A stretch of DNA of 63,928 nucleotides, the filler included, from Nemertoderma westbladi (Eukaryota; Animalia; Xenacoelomorpha): NCBI GenBank assembly GCA_032718475.1. It is 3 parts of 3 records of this genome, joined end to end, with 100 filler letters (N's around TTAATTAATTAA, not from the genome) between each part and the next. Parts side by side here need not be neighbours in the genome. Positions count along the whole stretch, not along the records: positions 1 to 30,303 come from JAUCBJ010006376.1; positions 30,404 to 50,362 come from JAUCBJ010007957.1; 1 more part is not named here. One strand, 5' to 3'. Below the pieces are notes generated by a model. The model saw only the letters and a program-made list of their open reading frames with translations, was not told the origin of the DNA and ran no database searches. The position numbers and the translations under genes were made by a program. Of this stretch, positions 23,489 through 33,939 are shown in pieces. The first letter of the stretch is position 1. Each line of letters opens with the position of its first letter.

Positions 23489-26400
23489 TTACGTTATGGA
23501 GTCCCTAGATGTTTGAAGGATTAGGGAGGTGGTCGTGGGAAGAGAATCTTGCCTTCCACAGTTTCCGGAGAGTCCTCCATTCCCTTCCGATAAACACAAA
23601 CGACCGACTGGGTGATTGAGTCGCTGCATCCTGAATACAATTCCAGGTTTCCTCTTCGTCCTGGAATAGTGACGATAGAAACATCGCTCAAAGTATATGA
23701 CGGCGTCACAAAGCCGATTCCAGGAGCTATAGTGGTCCGTCGCTCTCTGCAGGAGAGGTGAGAGTCCCTGCGAGACGTCTGATGTTCCAGAGCTCCAATC
23801 GCTCTCTCTGATCTTCATGAAGGATCCACTCGCGGAGGGGAGGCCCAGATCCACGGCGTCGTCCCTGGCAACATGTAATACCGACAGATCTATCCCGGGT
23901 TCAAATAACTCCGATCCACCCGTCCGGGTTTCAGGTTCGACTTTCTCCGCTCCCTTGGCTGGTCTAATCTCAGTCGGAGTAAGATGGGGAGGCCATTCAT
24001 TCTCCTTACTCAGGAAGTCGGGTTCACCTAACCTGTCTATAGTATCTGTCAGTTCTTGAGGAGTTGCTCCTCTGGAAGCGATGTCCGTTGGATTAAACTT
24101 CTTGGGGCAATATCTCCATTGATCTACATTGGAGCTAAGATTGTCATTATCTGAGGAGTGTGGTGTTCCCTCAGTTGGGTCGTCTCCCTCACTAGTATCA
24201 TCTTCCCATTCACGCACCTGGCAGACACGATCTTGAAGCAGTCTTTCCCTGAGCGTTCTACGGGAAGGTCCAGTAAGGTACCAACCTACTCTAGTTCTTA
24301 CCGCATAGGTCTGTAGGGGCTGCGGTTGAGCAGGCCGTTTCTCTAATGTCTCCAGCGCCTCATGCGCGTTTTGGCCGATGAGTATTTGCACTCCAGGATA
24401 ATCAGTCTGGAATCGAGGTATGTTAAGATGTTGGATGCTCTCATCCTCGTCCCAATTATAAAGGTCTGCTTGAGTAGTAGCGAAGTTCTTTATAGCCACC
24501 ATTTTCACTGACCTTATGCTATGTTCTCCTAGTTCGTCTTGTGGGGTGGACAACGCGCCTACACAATAATCAGCTGTTATTGTAGATTTCCAAACTTGCA
24601 TAATGCCTGACATGTTGAGCTTAGTTTGGAACTTGGGTTGTCCAGCAAATATATCTTCGGCTAGCTCTTTATCGATGAATGTTCCTGTGCTGCCGGAGTC
24701 CAGGAGGGCGTTCACTACATAACTCCGTTTAGGTCCGTGCACCCTTACCTGCACCACAGGAAACTCTCGGATTCCTATATTGGAAGTTGGCGCTTTCCAA
24801 GATGGTTGTTGATCGGAAGTAGTTAAGGTAAGGTCGCTGTCTGTGTCTTTCTCATACATGAGTGCTCGATACACTGCGGTGGTGTTTATTAGGTAACAGG
24901 ATTCGTTTTGGTCGGAGAACTCGTCCGTATAGAATCCTTCCATCTCAGATTGATCAGTGTCGTTCACATCACTGAATTGGACATGTAGTTCGGACTCACT
25001 TACCTGACTCGGGCTGTTTCGTTCGAATTCCGTGTGCAACAAGATATGATGTTTTGCGCCGCACTTTGCACACCTTGCGTCGGAGTTACAGGTTCGCCGT
25101 TGGTGTCCTCGTCTGAGGCAATTATAACACAACCGCTTATCCCACATGACTTCACGTCTATCCTCGGGTGATTTCCTCAGGAATTTATCACACGCATTTA
25201 AACGGTGGGGCCCGTCGCACAGCACACATTTCGGCTTGATGTTACTTACTTTAACCTGTGCTATGTGGTGCACACTTGTTCTTTCCTCGGGCTTTCTCAC
25301 CTGAATTCCTTTAGGAGACGTAGGAGGGGTTTTTTGTACCGGTTCCCTTCTGTCATTGGGTCGAGACTTGGATTTACTTACCTGTTCTTTAGGCATTTTA
25401 TTGACATAATAAGGTCTGTCAGTGTCTTTCCCGCTGTCCTCTCCTTGAGAGGTTTGGCTTTCACCGTCGTCGGTATAACATACTGGTGTTACCCTTCTCC
25501 TAGAAACGGGTTTCTCACTTACCTTGTTTTCCAATGTCTTCTCTCTGGACTGCCTTAGGAGCTGTAATTTCACTTCTCTATCTAAGAATGACATGAGATC
25601 AGTCATGGTAGGGTCTCGTCGTTGTTGTTCCATCATATATAACACCTTCTTATCCCAGCGTGTGCCTACTCCACCTTTAGGTAAAGTAGAAGCCACTGCT
25701 CTAATAACCATAGTGTTCTGATACTCATGAGACTTACCTAGCCAGTCTAATTGTCTGCAGATCTCCTGGATCTCATCGGAAAACTCGATAATTCCGCTAC
25801 TAATAAACTTTCGGGGCGCTACTAACTTGGCATACAAGTACCCAGCGATATTATTCCTATTACCATACCTGATGTTTAGTGTATCCCAAACTTGTCTTAA
25901 TCCGTCTGGATGTCCAATAAACTTTAACGCCATTAACTTGGGAGATCCTTCCAAGCACTCGATGAGGTATCTAAGTTTTTCTCCATTAGATAGTACAGAG
26001 TTCTGTATGTTATCTTTGTAATATTCATTAAAAGGTAACCATTTCATCTCATCTCCATTGAACTTGACGATCTCTCCAACCTTTACCGCTTGCCGGGCTT
26101 CGGTTCTAGCCATTTGACGCGTAAAACTTTCTTGGGCCATCGTGCTATTTAATATCGAGTTATCGGTATATAAATTTCTCGGATTATGATCAGTTCTATA
26201 GGGAATATCATTATCAACAGGTCTATAATTACCCTTAATAGGGTTCACTATAGGAGTTTCTACTTCGCTAGCAGTATAGATGCGTGTAGGCTCCACACCT
26301 TCCGCATGAGATACTTCAGACCTAACGGGTTGACACATTGTTACAGAGGTTGGTGGTATACCCTTTTTTAAGTTTACTAATTTATCGCGTTCTAACGCGA

Positions 26401-27892
26401 TACTTTGCTGCACTTCTTGCAACTCTAACCTGCTTTCCCTCACTGTTCCCTTTAAATGTTGGACAGTCCCTTCCAACTCTCGGACCTGTTGGGAGGAGCG
26501 TATCCGATTCTCCTTCATCTCTCCGAGGAGAATATCCATCCCCCGCCGTCTCTCGTCTACCCAATCAACCGCCGAAACGGGATCCGCCAACGTCGTAGCG
26601 GGCAGACAAGGGACAACGGGCAACAAATTCGGAATATTTCGCTCGGGGTCCAGGACCTGAACTGTCTCTCGGGCAGTTCTACGGGGCACAGGTAGCTTAG
26701 TGCTATGTAGAGGGAATTTATAGGTAGCTTCAGGGAGCACAGGTGTATCTATTACCGTAGGGGTGATTTCAAGAACAGGCCTACCTATTTCAGGCTCATC
26801 TACTATAGTAGGGAGTCTTTTTATTTTAATTATTTGGTCTGTGGGCTCTGTACTACCTAAGTTGGTGTTATTTAGTTGCCTTCTAACAGCTGGAGGCAAA
26901 TCAGGCAATTTCTGACGGTGGAATGTTCTTTTACGTCTGCTTAGGCGAGATCGATTTCCTTTGCCTTCAGTATCGGTGGTATCGCCTCCTTCAGATGATG
27001 TATAACTCTGTCTTTTGGGAGTAGATCGATTCATCATCTGCATATTACTAGCTGTTAACTGTTTATTTATGCAGTCTTGATTCTCCTGAATGTTTTCCAA
27101 TTCTAATTGGGTGATTTCTTCCGCCGCTCTACGTTCTGCTTCTGCCACCGCTATCTTTCTTTCCGCTTCCGCCGCTGCCGCTTTTGCCTCTGCCGCTGCT
27201 ACTGCCGCTGCTGCTGTCTTTCTGCTTTCGATTAGTTTTTTCTTTACTTGCTCTTCTTGAACTCTATTGATGCGGAGGAGTTCATCAAATTTAGCTTGGT
27301 TCGCCGCTAACATTTCCGCATCAATTGCGTCCAGCACAAGCTTGGTTCCTTCACTATTAGGGCTAAGCCCCTCCAGCCTTCTCCTCAACTCTTCATCTCC
27401 TACAAAGCGTTGATAGTCTGACAGATAGATGTCAATAGCATCCCTCTTATGCGGTTTCTCTGCTGTCACTTCGCTTTCTTCTTGAGAAGAAGTGGCGTCG
27501 GTTGATTCTTCATAGGTTGGCCGCTCATCATAAACCTTATCCGCCATCTTCGCTCCGCGTTCGGGCGTCCACTCAACAGTATCCGAACTACTGGAGCTAT
27601 CGGGCCGTTGAGAAGTAAGTCCCTGGCTCGCGGGTTGTTGCGGTTCCACTGCTTCTTGGTCCCGCTTAACTTGGGCTCGAGTACCGATGATAGACCTACG
27701 GCGCTTCACTAACTTCGCGAATTGCGAAATTGCTTCTACTAACCTAGGTTCTGACACAGCTACTGTAGGGGTTGTCTTTCTTACAGTAGGAGGGGTTTCA
27801 GACCTCGGTCTGGGACTCTCTATACTCCTATCTGATAAACAGACTGTTGTTTCTAGGAGACTATCTGACAGAGTTTGCCTTGTGTCAGACAT
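23489..27892 (-). CDS. BEL/Pao Gag-protease polyprotein with residual RNase H tail, RT and integrase absent (1467 aa)
   Basis: DUF1759-like KFNGDEMKWLPF...EKLRYL; three Cys/His knuckles CVLCDGPHRLNAC, CYNCLRRGHQRRTC, CAKCGAKHHILLH; protease ALLDSGSTGTFI; AVRTRVGWYLTGP; then directly QWRYCPKKFNPTDIASRG...PDFL...WP...YSSWNRL; no YVDD-type RT motif and no DDE integrase. Confidence 0.9.
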   Translation of the reverse strand: MSDTRQTLSDSLLETTVCLSDRSIESPRPRSETPPTVRKTTPTVAVSEPRLVEAISQFAKLVKRRRSIIGTRAQVKRDQEAVEPQQPASQGLTSQRPDSSSSSDTVEWTPERGAKMADKVYDERPTYEESTDATSSQEESEVTAEKPHKRDAIDIYLSDYQRFVGDEELRRRLEGLSPNSEGTKLVLDAIDAEMLAANQAKFDELLRINRVQEEQVKKKLIESRKTAAAAVAAAEAKAAAAEAERKIAVAEAERRAAEEITQLELENIQENQDCINKQLTASNMQMMNRSTPKRQSYTSSEGGDTTDTEGKGNRSRLSRRKRTFHRQKLPDLPPAVRRQLNNTNLGSTEPTDQIIKIKRLPTIVDEPEIGRPVLEITPTVIDTPVLPEATYKFPLHSTKLPVPRRTARETVQVLDPERNIPNLLPVVPCLPATTLADPVSAVDWVDERRRGMDILLGEMKENRIRSSQQVRELEGTVQHLKGTVRESRLELQEVQQSIALERDKLVNLKKGIPPTSVTMCQPVRSEVSHAEGVEPTRIYTASEVETPIVNPIKGNYRPVDNDIPYRTDHNPRNLYTDNSILNSTMAQESFTRQMARTEARQAVKVGEIVKFNGDEMKWLPFNEYYKDNIQNSVLSNGEKLRYLIECLEGSPKLMALKFIGHPDGLRQVWDTLNIRYGNRNNIAGYLYAKLVAPRKFISSGIIEFSDEIQEICRQLDWLGKSHEYQNTMVIRAVASTLPKGGVGTRWDKKVLYMMEQQRRDPTMTDLMSFLDREVKLQLLRQSREKTLENKVSEKPVSRRRVTPVCYTDDGESQTSQGEDSGKDTDRPYYVNKMPKEQVSKSKSRPNDRREPVQKTPPTSPKGIQVRKPEERTSVHHIAQVKVSNIKPKCVLCDGPHRLNACDKFLRKSPEDRREVMWDKRLCYNCLRRGHQRRTCNSDARCAKCGAKHHILLHTEFERNSPSQVSESELHVQFSDVNDTDQSEMEGFYTDEFSDQNESCYLINTTAVYRALMYEKDTDSDLTLTTSDQQPSWKAPTSNIGIREFPVVQVRVHGPKRSYVVNALLDSGSTGTFIDKELAEDIFAGQPKFQTKLNMSGIMQVWKSTITADYCVGALSTPQDELGEHSIRSVKMVAIKNFATTQADLYNWDEDESIQHLNIPRFQTDYPGVQILIGQNAHEALETLEKRPAQPQPLQTYAVRTRVGWYLTGPSRRTLRERLLQDRVCQVREWEDDTSEGDDPTEGTPHSSDNDNLSSNVDQWRYCPKKFNPTDIASRGATPQELTDTIDRLGEPDFLSKENEWPPHLTPTEIRPAKGAEKVEPETRTGGSELFEPGIDLSVLHVARDDAVDLGLPSASGSFMKIRESDWSSGTSDVSQGLSPLLQRATDHYSSWNRLCDAVIYFERCFYRHYSRTKRKPGIVFRMQRLNHPVGRLCLSEGNGGLSGNCGRQDSLPTTTSLILQTSRDSIT

Positions 27893-29209
27893 ATTTGTTT
27901 GTACAGTTGGATGCCTACTGCTATATTACAGTCTAAGCAAGTCTAGTAATTCAGTATTAACTGCTAGCCCAGTAATTAATTACCGATACTGCTACTCAGT
28001 GTAGCGTGATATATATAATATATTAGAATACCGGTATGCTTATAGTATATATAACTATATAAGTATTATTACAGACTAGGTTTATCACAGAATACCGGTA
28101 TAATTTTAGCACAAATATATATAAATATATAATAGGCCTATCGGGAATACCGGTATACAGCTTACAATTTGTAGTATATATAATTCTGGACTAGAATTAA
28201 TTACAAGTACCGGTATAATTTCAGCCTAAATTTACAGAAATAAAGATAATAGGCCTATCGTAAATACCGGTATATCAATTATTTTAAATAATTGAATTTC
28301 TGAACTTTAGGGTTACTTTGTTACTTTACTTACTTTATTACCGTTATTTGAACAGTAGTCCAACTGATATTGAGACCTAATGGTTGTATGGTAGGCCTAC
28401 TATTTATAAATCGTTAGATTTGATTTATAATATATATATACCCGTTTTAATGGGTTTTGTCAATATTTGAAATAAATGTTATTATTTCTGGGGAGTAATC
28501 ACTACACAAAGCGGTGCGCTTTCAGTGAAGTGTTACTTATAGGACACTAAAACAAACAATTCTAATTTACCTAAGTTACTTAATACTACAAATTACGTAC
28601 GATTCGGGTTGAGATTACAATCTCTAGATAAACACAAAAATTTACAAAAAACACAAAATACGAATTTTTAGGGTATTTTTTACAAGAAGTCTACAAACCA
28701 GCCTAACAAAGGGTTAGAAAACTGGTTATTACTACGGACAGGGTACTACGGTATTTGAAATAATAAGTAGTAGTAAATACACTGCGTTGTCTAGATAGGA
28801 AAATACCACCGCCTGACGACCTATAGCCGTATCGCTATAGGTTCTACGTTATGTATCACGGAGTGTTCCTACCTAGAAGTTAATAGAGCTAATCGAATGT
28901 GCCTATCAACCACTTTACAACACAGATATAATGTCTACAATAATTACTTCGGAAAGCACTGTACACTAAACCCTAAATTAGGTACGAGTACTTGTACAAC
29001 AGATAATCAGTAGTTAAATATACTTGAACAGCTAAAAGAACCACGGCATCTGCTGGAGTGACCGATGCACAAAATCACCAGTCTTTACCTACGCCGAGCA
29101 GCCCGTGTAGTACCGGGGTTAATTTAACTATAGCGGTATGTATAACAAACACAATTACTGTAGGAACAAACTTGGGGAATGAATGTTGCGGATAATCGCA
29201 TAAACTCTG

Positions 29210-29790
29210 AATAATAAATATTACGCTACGCGTACAAACTACTCAAACAAAATACAGACCGAACACTGACAGACTACTATCAAGCCTAAACAAACTACGG
29301 TATATGCAGACTCCGAAATGATTAGGGAGTATGCGCTCTAACCCAGTAGTGCGACTTATTCTTTAGTTGGGGGATTACCTTACAGCGTTCGCTGCCCCTA
29401 CTGCCTAATCGTACTTAATCGGACAGATGATCTACACACGCGGCAATCCGTTCAGACCTAATAACAGCCAGACAACTATCCAGCCTACAAATTATCTAAA
29501 TAAAATTATACGCTACCCGTACAGACTTACACAAACAAAGTACAGACTAAACGATGGCAGACCACTCTCAAGCCTAAATAAACCACAGGACATGCAGACT
29601 CCGAAATGATTAGGGAGTATGCGCTCTAACCCAGTAGTGCGACTTATTCTTTAGTTGGGGGATTACCTTACAGCGTTCGCTGCCCCTACTGCCTAATCGT
29701 ACTTAATCGGACAGGTGATCTACACACACTGCAATTCGTTCGGACTTAACAGCAATCAGACAACAGCTCAGCCTACAAATCGTCTGTACA
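29210..29790 (-). repeat. ~288-bp tandem duplication in the retrotransposon 5' leader with a 123-bp identical structured core
   Basis: 29304-29426 = 29592-29714; flanks visibly diverged. Confidence 0.88.
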
Positions 29791-30066
29791 ATCTGATCAG
29801 GCTTACACGCCTTCTGTTCAATACTGGCCTACAAATAAATAAAACTTGACAGAAATAAGTAAACCATATAAAGGAATAAGGGGTGATCAATCCCTAATCC
29901 CCTAAACAGCCTACCGGTATACAACAATCAAATCGAATAATACTAGTGTACTTATACTGAAGTACCGGTTAGAACAGCTAGGCCTACTGGACCTACAGAA
30001 TGTACCGGTTCAGGTTTACCGGTTGACCGGTACTTTCAACTTTATTGCTTACTGCAACAAGGAAGC

Positions 30067-30078
30067 TATATCCTTTAA
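30067..30078 (-). promoter_or_regulatory. Atypical primer-binding-site position (TTAAAGGATATA)
   Basis: Directly follows the 5' LTR end ...GCGAACA on the minus strand; no TGG (anti-CCA) start; complementary to the LTR-internal 12-mer at 20001-20012. Confidence 0.6.
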
Positions 30079-30303
30079 TGTTCGCGCTTTCAGACCTTTG
30101 GCAGTTTAACCCACCAAATTAAGATGTCTTCTAGATATTAAATCAGTTTTTAGTCTATGACAAGTATTTGATTCACTACACTAGTCGAAACCAATCCGTG
30201 CGCGACCATTCACCCGCTGGATATTCCCGGGAGATTGGGTTCGACGGTTTAATTTTATTGCTATGTAAGCCTAATGTATTATTCGACTGACAGTACTATA
30301 TAA
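30079..30303 (-). repeat. 5' LTR (U5 end only; truncated by the gap)
   Basis: Matches 19229-19453 except for one base. Confidence 0.92.
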
Positions 30304-30403
30304 NNNNNNNNNNNNNNNNNNNNNNNNNNNNNNNNNNNNNNNNNNNNTTAATTAATTAANNNNNNNNNNNNNNNNNNNNNNNNNNNNNNNNNNNNNNNNN
30401 NNN
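30304..30403. other. Assembly gap with artificial stop-codon linker
   Basis: N44-TTAATTAATTAA-N44. Confidence 0.97.
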
Positions 30404-32666
30404 GAAGCATTGTAACAACAAATAAATATCACCCGCGTTTCCCCTACCAGACGTGCGTCTTTGGTATTATTACGGTAAATGCCCTAGACCCAGCCAATAA
30501 ACGGAAAGACATAAACATCCACGGAAACGTTGTGTTAAACACAGTTGTGTTCGTTATATTTACTGGAGTTTCGAGCGAAACTTGTTTGACGTATCACCTA
30601 TGCTCACTCGGCTCTAACGATCCTAGAGTAAACCTACGATCAGAGTCCCGGAATACTCGGTCAAACCTCCTCATTCCTTAGTTGGACCTCAGACCTGCGA
30701 TCTTGGTGGTGTCGCGGATCCTCGCGGACGGTATTCACTGTTCAAGATCTAGTGCTACCCTAACAATTAATCGGTAACACTCCGACAGTGATTTCTAGCT
30801 AGCCGCCCATCTTGCCTAGCCGGATTATGACGCAGACACCTAATATCACTATCCAACCTTATGGTCGTCACGTTTAACGCGATACAACCCTTCATCAAGG
30901 TGAAGGAGAGCGTTGTACGAAACGAGTTAAACGCTATTCTATAAAGATCAAAAAGAAACCTGCGTTTGTTCAGATAAACGTAAGTTATAACAGTAAGTCC
31001 AATCGATAAACGAATTGGCCTTATCTCAGTTCGATTGGGAAACCTCGAATCTCAAAGAAGATATCAAGCTTAGAAAACCCTATTCTTTGCGAGAGTTTTG
31101 GACGAACGTATCCCATGACAAGCGGAGGAAAATCAGCTCGAGGAGAAGCATATCGAAATGGACGAGACACCGACCGTAAACCCAAACCTTTTAATGCAAT
31201 CATATTGCACCCTTCACCCAGGAGTTATGGCCCTCCTAGTAAAGTGGCTTCCCCCAAAGAGAAAATGACTCTTGCTAGCTTTAAAAAACTGCGTAAACGC
31301 CGTCCGCGCAAGAAAGACTAACTGTTTAGAGTATCTTTATATTTTAGAAACTGTGATTTGTTATATTTTATAGACTTAAATCCCATTTTCTGGGAGTGGT
31401 GTAAAAGCTTTTGCGTCATTAACCGGTTAGTTTCCCTTAAAGTACTCTGTAGTGGGTTTGCCAGGCATAAAAAGGCCGTGTCCTTGCTGTACTGGTGTTT
31501 TAGAGGACATAAAAGTCATTTCTTCTGTATTTGAACTGTATTTGTACTTTAGAGGACATAATCTGCAATTTCATGACGTAAAAAGCTCGATACTCTTGAA
31601 AACAGTGTCGCTACCATGACGACGGCTAACGGCTGATATTGCCACGTTGCAGCTTTCTGTATCTGCCAATAGAATTTGAGTTAGCTTTGATTTTGACCTA
31701 TCACAGAGCTACTGAACTGAAATTTTCCTATCTCACTGCTCTTTCTCTGTGTTGAACGGGAGCTTCGTGGAATAAGGGTAGTTGGTATCCTCGTATAGAG
31801 CAGTAGTCACGAGTTTTTCAAAGCCACGAAAGAACGGCTTTTAGTGTTTTGTGCTTTCTGCTTTTTAGCTCAACACTAGTAGGTTTAATTATAAGGACAT
31901 ATATCCTTTAAAAAACAAACTGCAATTTCGTAATCACTGCATACTGCAGTACTGCATACACTGCATACTGTGTAACACTGTGCATACTTTTATATTGTTA
32001 TACTGCTATTTACTGTCAGTTCTTCATAATATGGTTGATGAATTATTATATTTGGAATAACGAGAAATAACCCCGAAACCCAATATTCTTGATATACCGA
32101 AGGTAAGAGAGAAAGGTTACAGATAAACGATTGTGACTTATGTCAAAGTGGTTTGAAGTGAATCTAATGTTATTTGATAGACCCTACATGAGTCAGTCTG
32201 TGTTCCTTTTATATGTGACTAAAATCAGTGAAGATCGGCAGATTAGTGTGCAGTATTGTGCAGCATTGTGTATGAGTGAGTCTGTTAAAGAAGCATTTCC
32301 TAAAGAATGCGCCATATATGTGAATTATAATTAAGCCATATCGTTGTGAGTAGTTTAAGTCATAACTCTGTTTATATAGATAAAGCGCCACGTCCTAAAG
32401 GAACTGTTAATATTCCCGAAGGTGAATAATATTGTCAGAGATTATATAATACTGTCAGTCGAATAATACATTAGGCTTACATAGCAATAAAATTAAACCG
32501 TCGAACCCAATCTCCCGGGAATATCCAGCGGGTGAATGATCGCGCACAGATTGGTTTCGACTAGTGTAGTGAATCAAATACTTGTCATAGGCTAAAAAGC
32601 GATTTAATATCTAGAAGACATCTTAATTTGGCGGGTTAAACTGCCAAAGGTCTGAAAGCGCGAACA
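30404..32666 (+). mobile_element. Second BEL LTR copy, opposite orientation, diverged subfamily
   Basis: Reverse complement of 19229-21427 with a divergent block at ~31400-31980; ends GCGAACA then CCAAC host repeat. Confidence 0.9.
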
Positions 32667-32765
32667 CCAACTAATGTTTATACGAACTAACGGTCAGCCA
32701 ACTAATGTTTATACGAACTATCGGTCAGCCAACTAATGTTTATACGAACTAACGGTTAGCCAACT
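32667..32765. repeat. 31-bp tandem repeat x3 (LTR insertion site)
   Basis: CCAACTAATGTTTATACGAACTAACGGTCAG. Confidence 0.88.
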
Positions 32766-33084
32766 CAGGAAAACTTGGCGAGCTGTGCCCCTTTGCATCT
32801 TCCCCTCCTGTAATAATTTCTCAACCTGATAAATATTATTTTATTGGTTTTTCAGCGAAGATAAAGTCGGTCGGCTCACAAAGGCGAGAATTAAAAATAA
32901 TGAGAAGAATTTCATAGTTTGATTCTTCCGCTATAATATATAAATATTATGTTGTTTTTCTTTAGATTACACCTGTAAACCAATCTGACTATTTGGATGA
33001 TAAAAGTACCAAAGCGATAGAAATTGAATTATCCGAATGTCAAAATCAAATTGTTAGTAAACTTTGTAATCGTAGTAAGCAAAT

Positions 33085-33555
33085 ATATATGTTTTCGTAT
33101 AAAAATAGATATGTTATATAAATAAATATATTTTCGTATAAAAATAAATATGTTTTCGTATAAAAATAAATATGTTTTTGTATAAAAATAAATATGTTTT
33201 CGTATAAAAATAAATATGTTTTCGTATATAAAAATAAATATGTTTTCGTATAAAAATAAATATGATTTCGTATAAAAATAAATATGTTTTTGTATAAAAA
33301 TAAATATGTTTTCGTATAAAAATAAATATGTTTTCGTATAAAAATAAATATGTTTTCGTATAAAAATAAATATGTTTTCGTATAAAAATAAATATGTTTT
33401 TGTATAAAAATAAATATGTTTTCGTATAAAAATAAATATGTTTTCGTATAAAAATAAATATGTTTTCGTATAAAAATAAATATGATTTCGTATAAAAATA
33501 AATATGTTTTCGTATAAAAATATATATGTTTTCGTATAAAAATATATATGTTTTT
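33085..33555. repeat. 22-bp AT-rich minisatellite, ~21 copies
   Basis: TATAAAAATAAATATGTTTTCG. Confidence 0.93.
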
Positions 33556-33939
33556 GTTCAGAGGTGAAAAATCTACAAGGCCTCTCTATATTGTTCTCTT
33601 GCATTTACAGTAGGCTTTTCAACAATATGACACTTTGTATAATGGCACGGATCAGTATTTTACTGATTTTATTGTCTCTGTTCCTTCCAGACGTCCCTAG
33701 AACCCCTTCTCTACTAACACTTCTCTACCATCTACCTACAGCCCGTACAAAATATTTTTTGTTTTTGCGATTGTAGAGAAGTGAATTTAGTCATATTAGG
33801 GTAAGGGGATGGGTGGGTGGGGGGGGGGGGGGGGGTGCTTATATATCGATCATATGATACATCCACACGAAATTGAGTATTACCATTTCCACTTACATCC
33901 ATCCCTTCCTCTCACGCAATATTTTGCCAATAATTTCAG

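Larger units (their letters stand above)
19229..30303 (-). mobile_element. BEL/Pao LTR retrotransposon, non-autonomous (no RT or integrase); 5' LTR runs into the assembly gap
   Basis: Direct repeats starting TGTTCGCGC at 19229 and 30079 (one mismatch seen over 225 bp); Gag-PR ORF between them; PPT-like GGAGTGGGTG (minus) at 23471-23480. Confidence 0.9.

Noticed and set aside
23521-28004. Short antisense and alternate-frame ORFs overlapping the Gag ORF (similarly over the RTE ORFs)
   Set aside because: Shadow ORFs of long coding regions; no motifs.
28812-28846. CTGACGA followed by a perfect hairpin CCTATAGC/GCTATAGG
   Set aside because: Lacks the GAAA required after stem II of a hammerhead, and is antisense to the element.
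30348-30359. TTAATTAATTAA inside N runs (also 50407-50418)
   Set aside because: Artificial scaffolding linker with stops in all frames, not biology.
30079-32666. Inverted LTR pair suggesting a DIRS-like or TIR element
   Set aside because: The copies are separated by an assembly gap, belong to different subfamilies and have different flanks; the ORF is BEL-type with no tyrosine recombinase.
33029-33604. 191-aa repetitive ORF
   Set aside because: Translation of the 22-bp minisatellite.
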